A DNA stretch of 64,000 nt from Malacoraja senta (taxonomy: Eukaryota): assembly GCA_038087875.1 (NCBI GenBank), contig CM075998.1, positions 3,350,001 to 3,414,000 of the forward strand. The letters run 5' to 3'. The notes under the pieces were generated by a model. The model did no database searches. It was given only the letters and a program-made list of their open reading frames with translations, and had not been told where the DNA came from. A program made the position numbers and the translations under genes. Shown here one piece after another: positions 63,650 to 64,000 of this stretch. Every line of letters starts with the position of its first letter. Position 1 is the stretch's first letter.

Positions 63650-64000
63650 ATTTTTGCATTATTAGAAAATTCAGGGTAATTAGTGGATAAAATGTTTGTA
63701 TTGGCATCATTAATTCATATATGCCAATAATTATGGCATTTATTGGAAACATACAATGTCAATATCAGGGTAAACAGCGCATGCAATAAATGCCCATATC
63801 GTGGTCTTATTGGATCAGTATAAAGGTGAGTACTAGGCCAGATATTTGAAATGATGGCATACGTATCTAGGAAATTGTTGATCTGTATTAATGTCTGTCA
63901 GAGTAATTATTTGTGGGTTGAAATGAAAATGTTTAAACTGATGAAATGACAGTATCGGCGTAATTATCTGGTGAATTCCAGGGTTAACGTATAACCAACT
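63650..64000. repeat. Continuation of the degenerate ~35-bp array
   Basis: tcagggtaattagtgg, atatcagggtaa and tcagagtaattatttg motifs recur. Confidence 0.6.

Noticed and set aside
59750..64000. CRISPR-like array
   Set aside because: Vertebrate DNA; contiguous degenerate units without unique spacers; no cas genes

Overview
Vertebrate genomic DNA, almost certainly a cartilaginous fish (skate/ray-like), judged from the HE1/V-SINE and CR1-type repeat content. Two complete spliced protein-coding genes can be built by hand with consistent GT-AG phases, arranged tail to tail. The first is RACGAP1 on the minus strand: 16 coding exons, 20626-43972, 628 aa, with a non-coding first exon in a CpG island near 48.3 kb carrying CHR/CCAAT/CRE/E-box motifs. 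The second is a 5-exon, 255-aa DUF1295 (steroid 5-alpha-reductase-like) membrane enzyme gene on the plus strand, 11745-16163. A second CpG-rich patch at about 4.6-4.8 kb, with tandem E2F sites and a minus-strand splice donor, may be the first exon of a third gene running off the left edge. The rest is mostly retroposon sequence: CR1 (one young 2.3-kb copy), L2, Rex/Babar and HE1-like SINEs. Less ordinary structure includes about a dozen Penelope-type elements with a hammerhead-ribozyme-like core (some as inverted pairs), an 800-bp foldback element built from two inverted THAP-domain fragments, a GC-rich non-autonomous retroposon with two different LINE tails, a 29-bp minisatellite with 87-bp higher-order structure, and a highly decayed ~35-bp tandem array over about 3 kb. 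There is a 200-N gap at 6623-6822. Exon coordinates were read base by base; repeat boundaries are approximate and family names come from motif recognition, not database searches.
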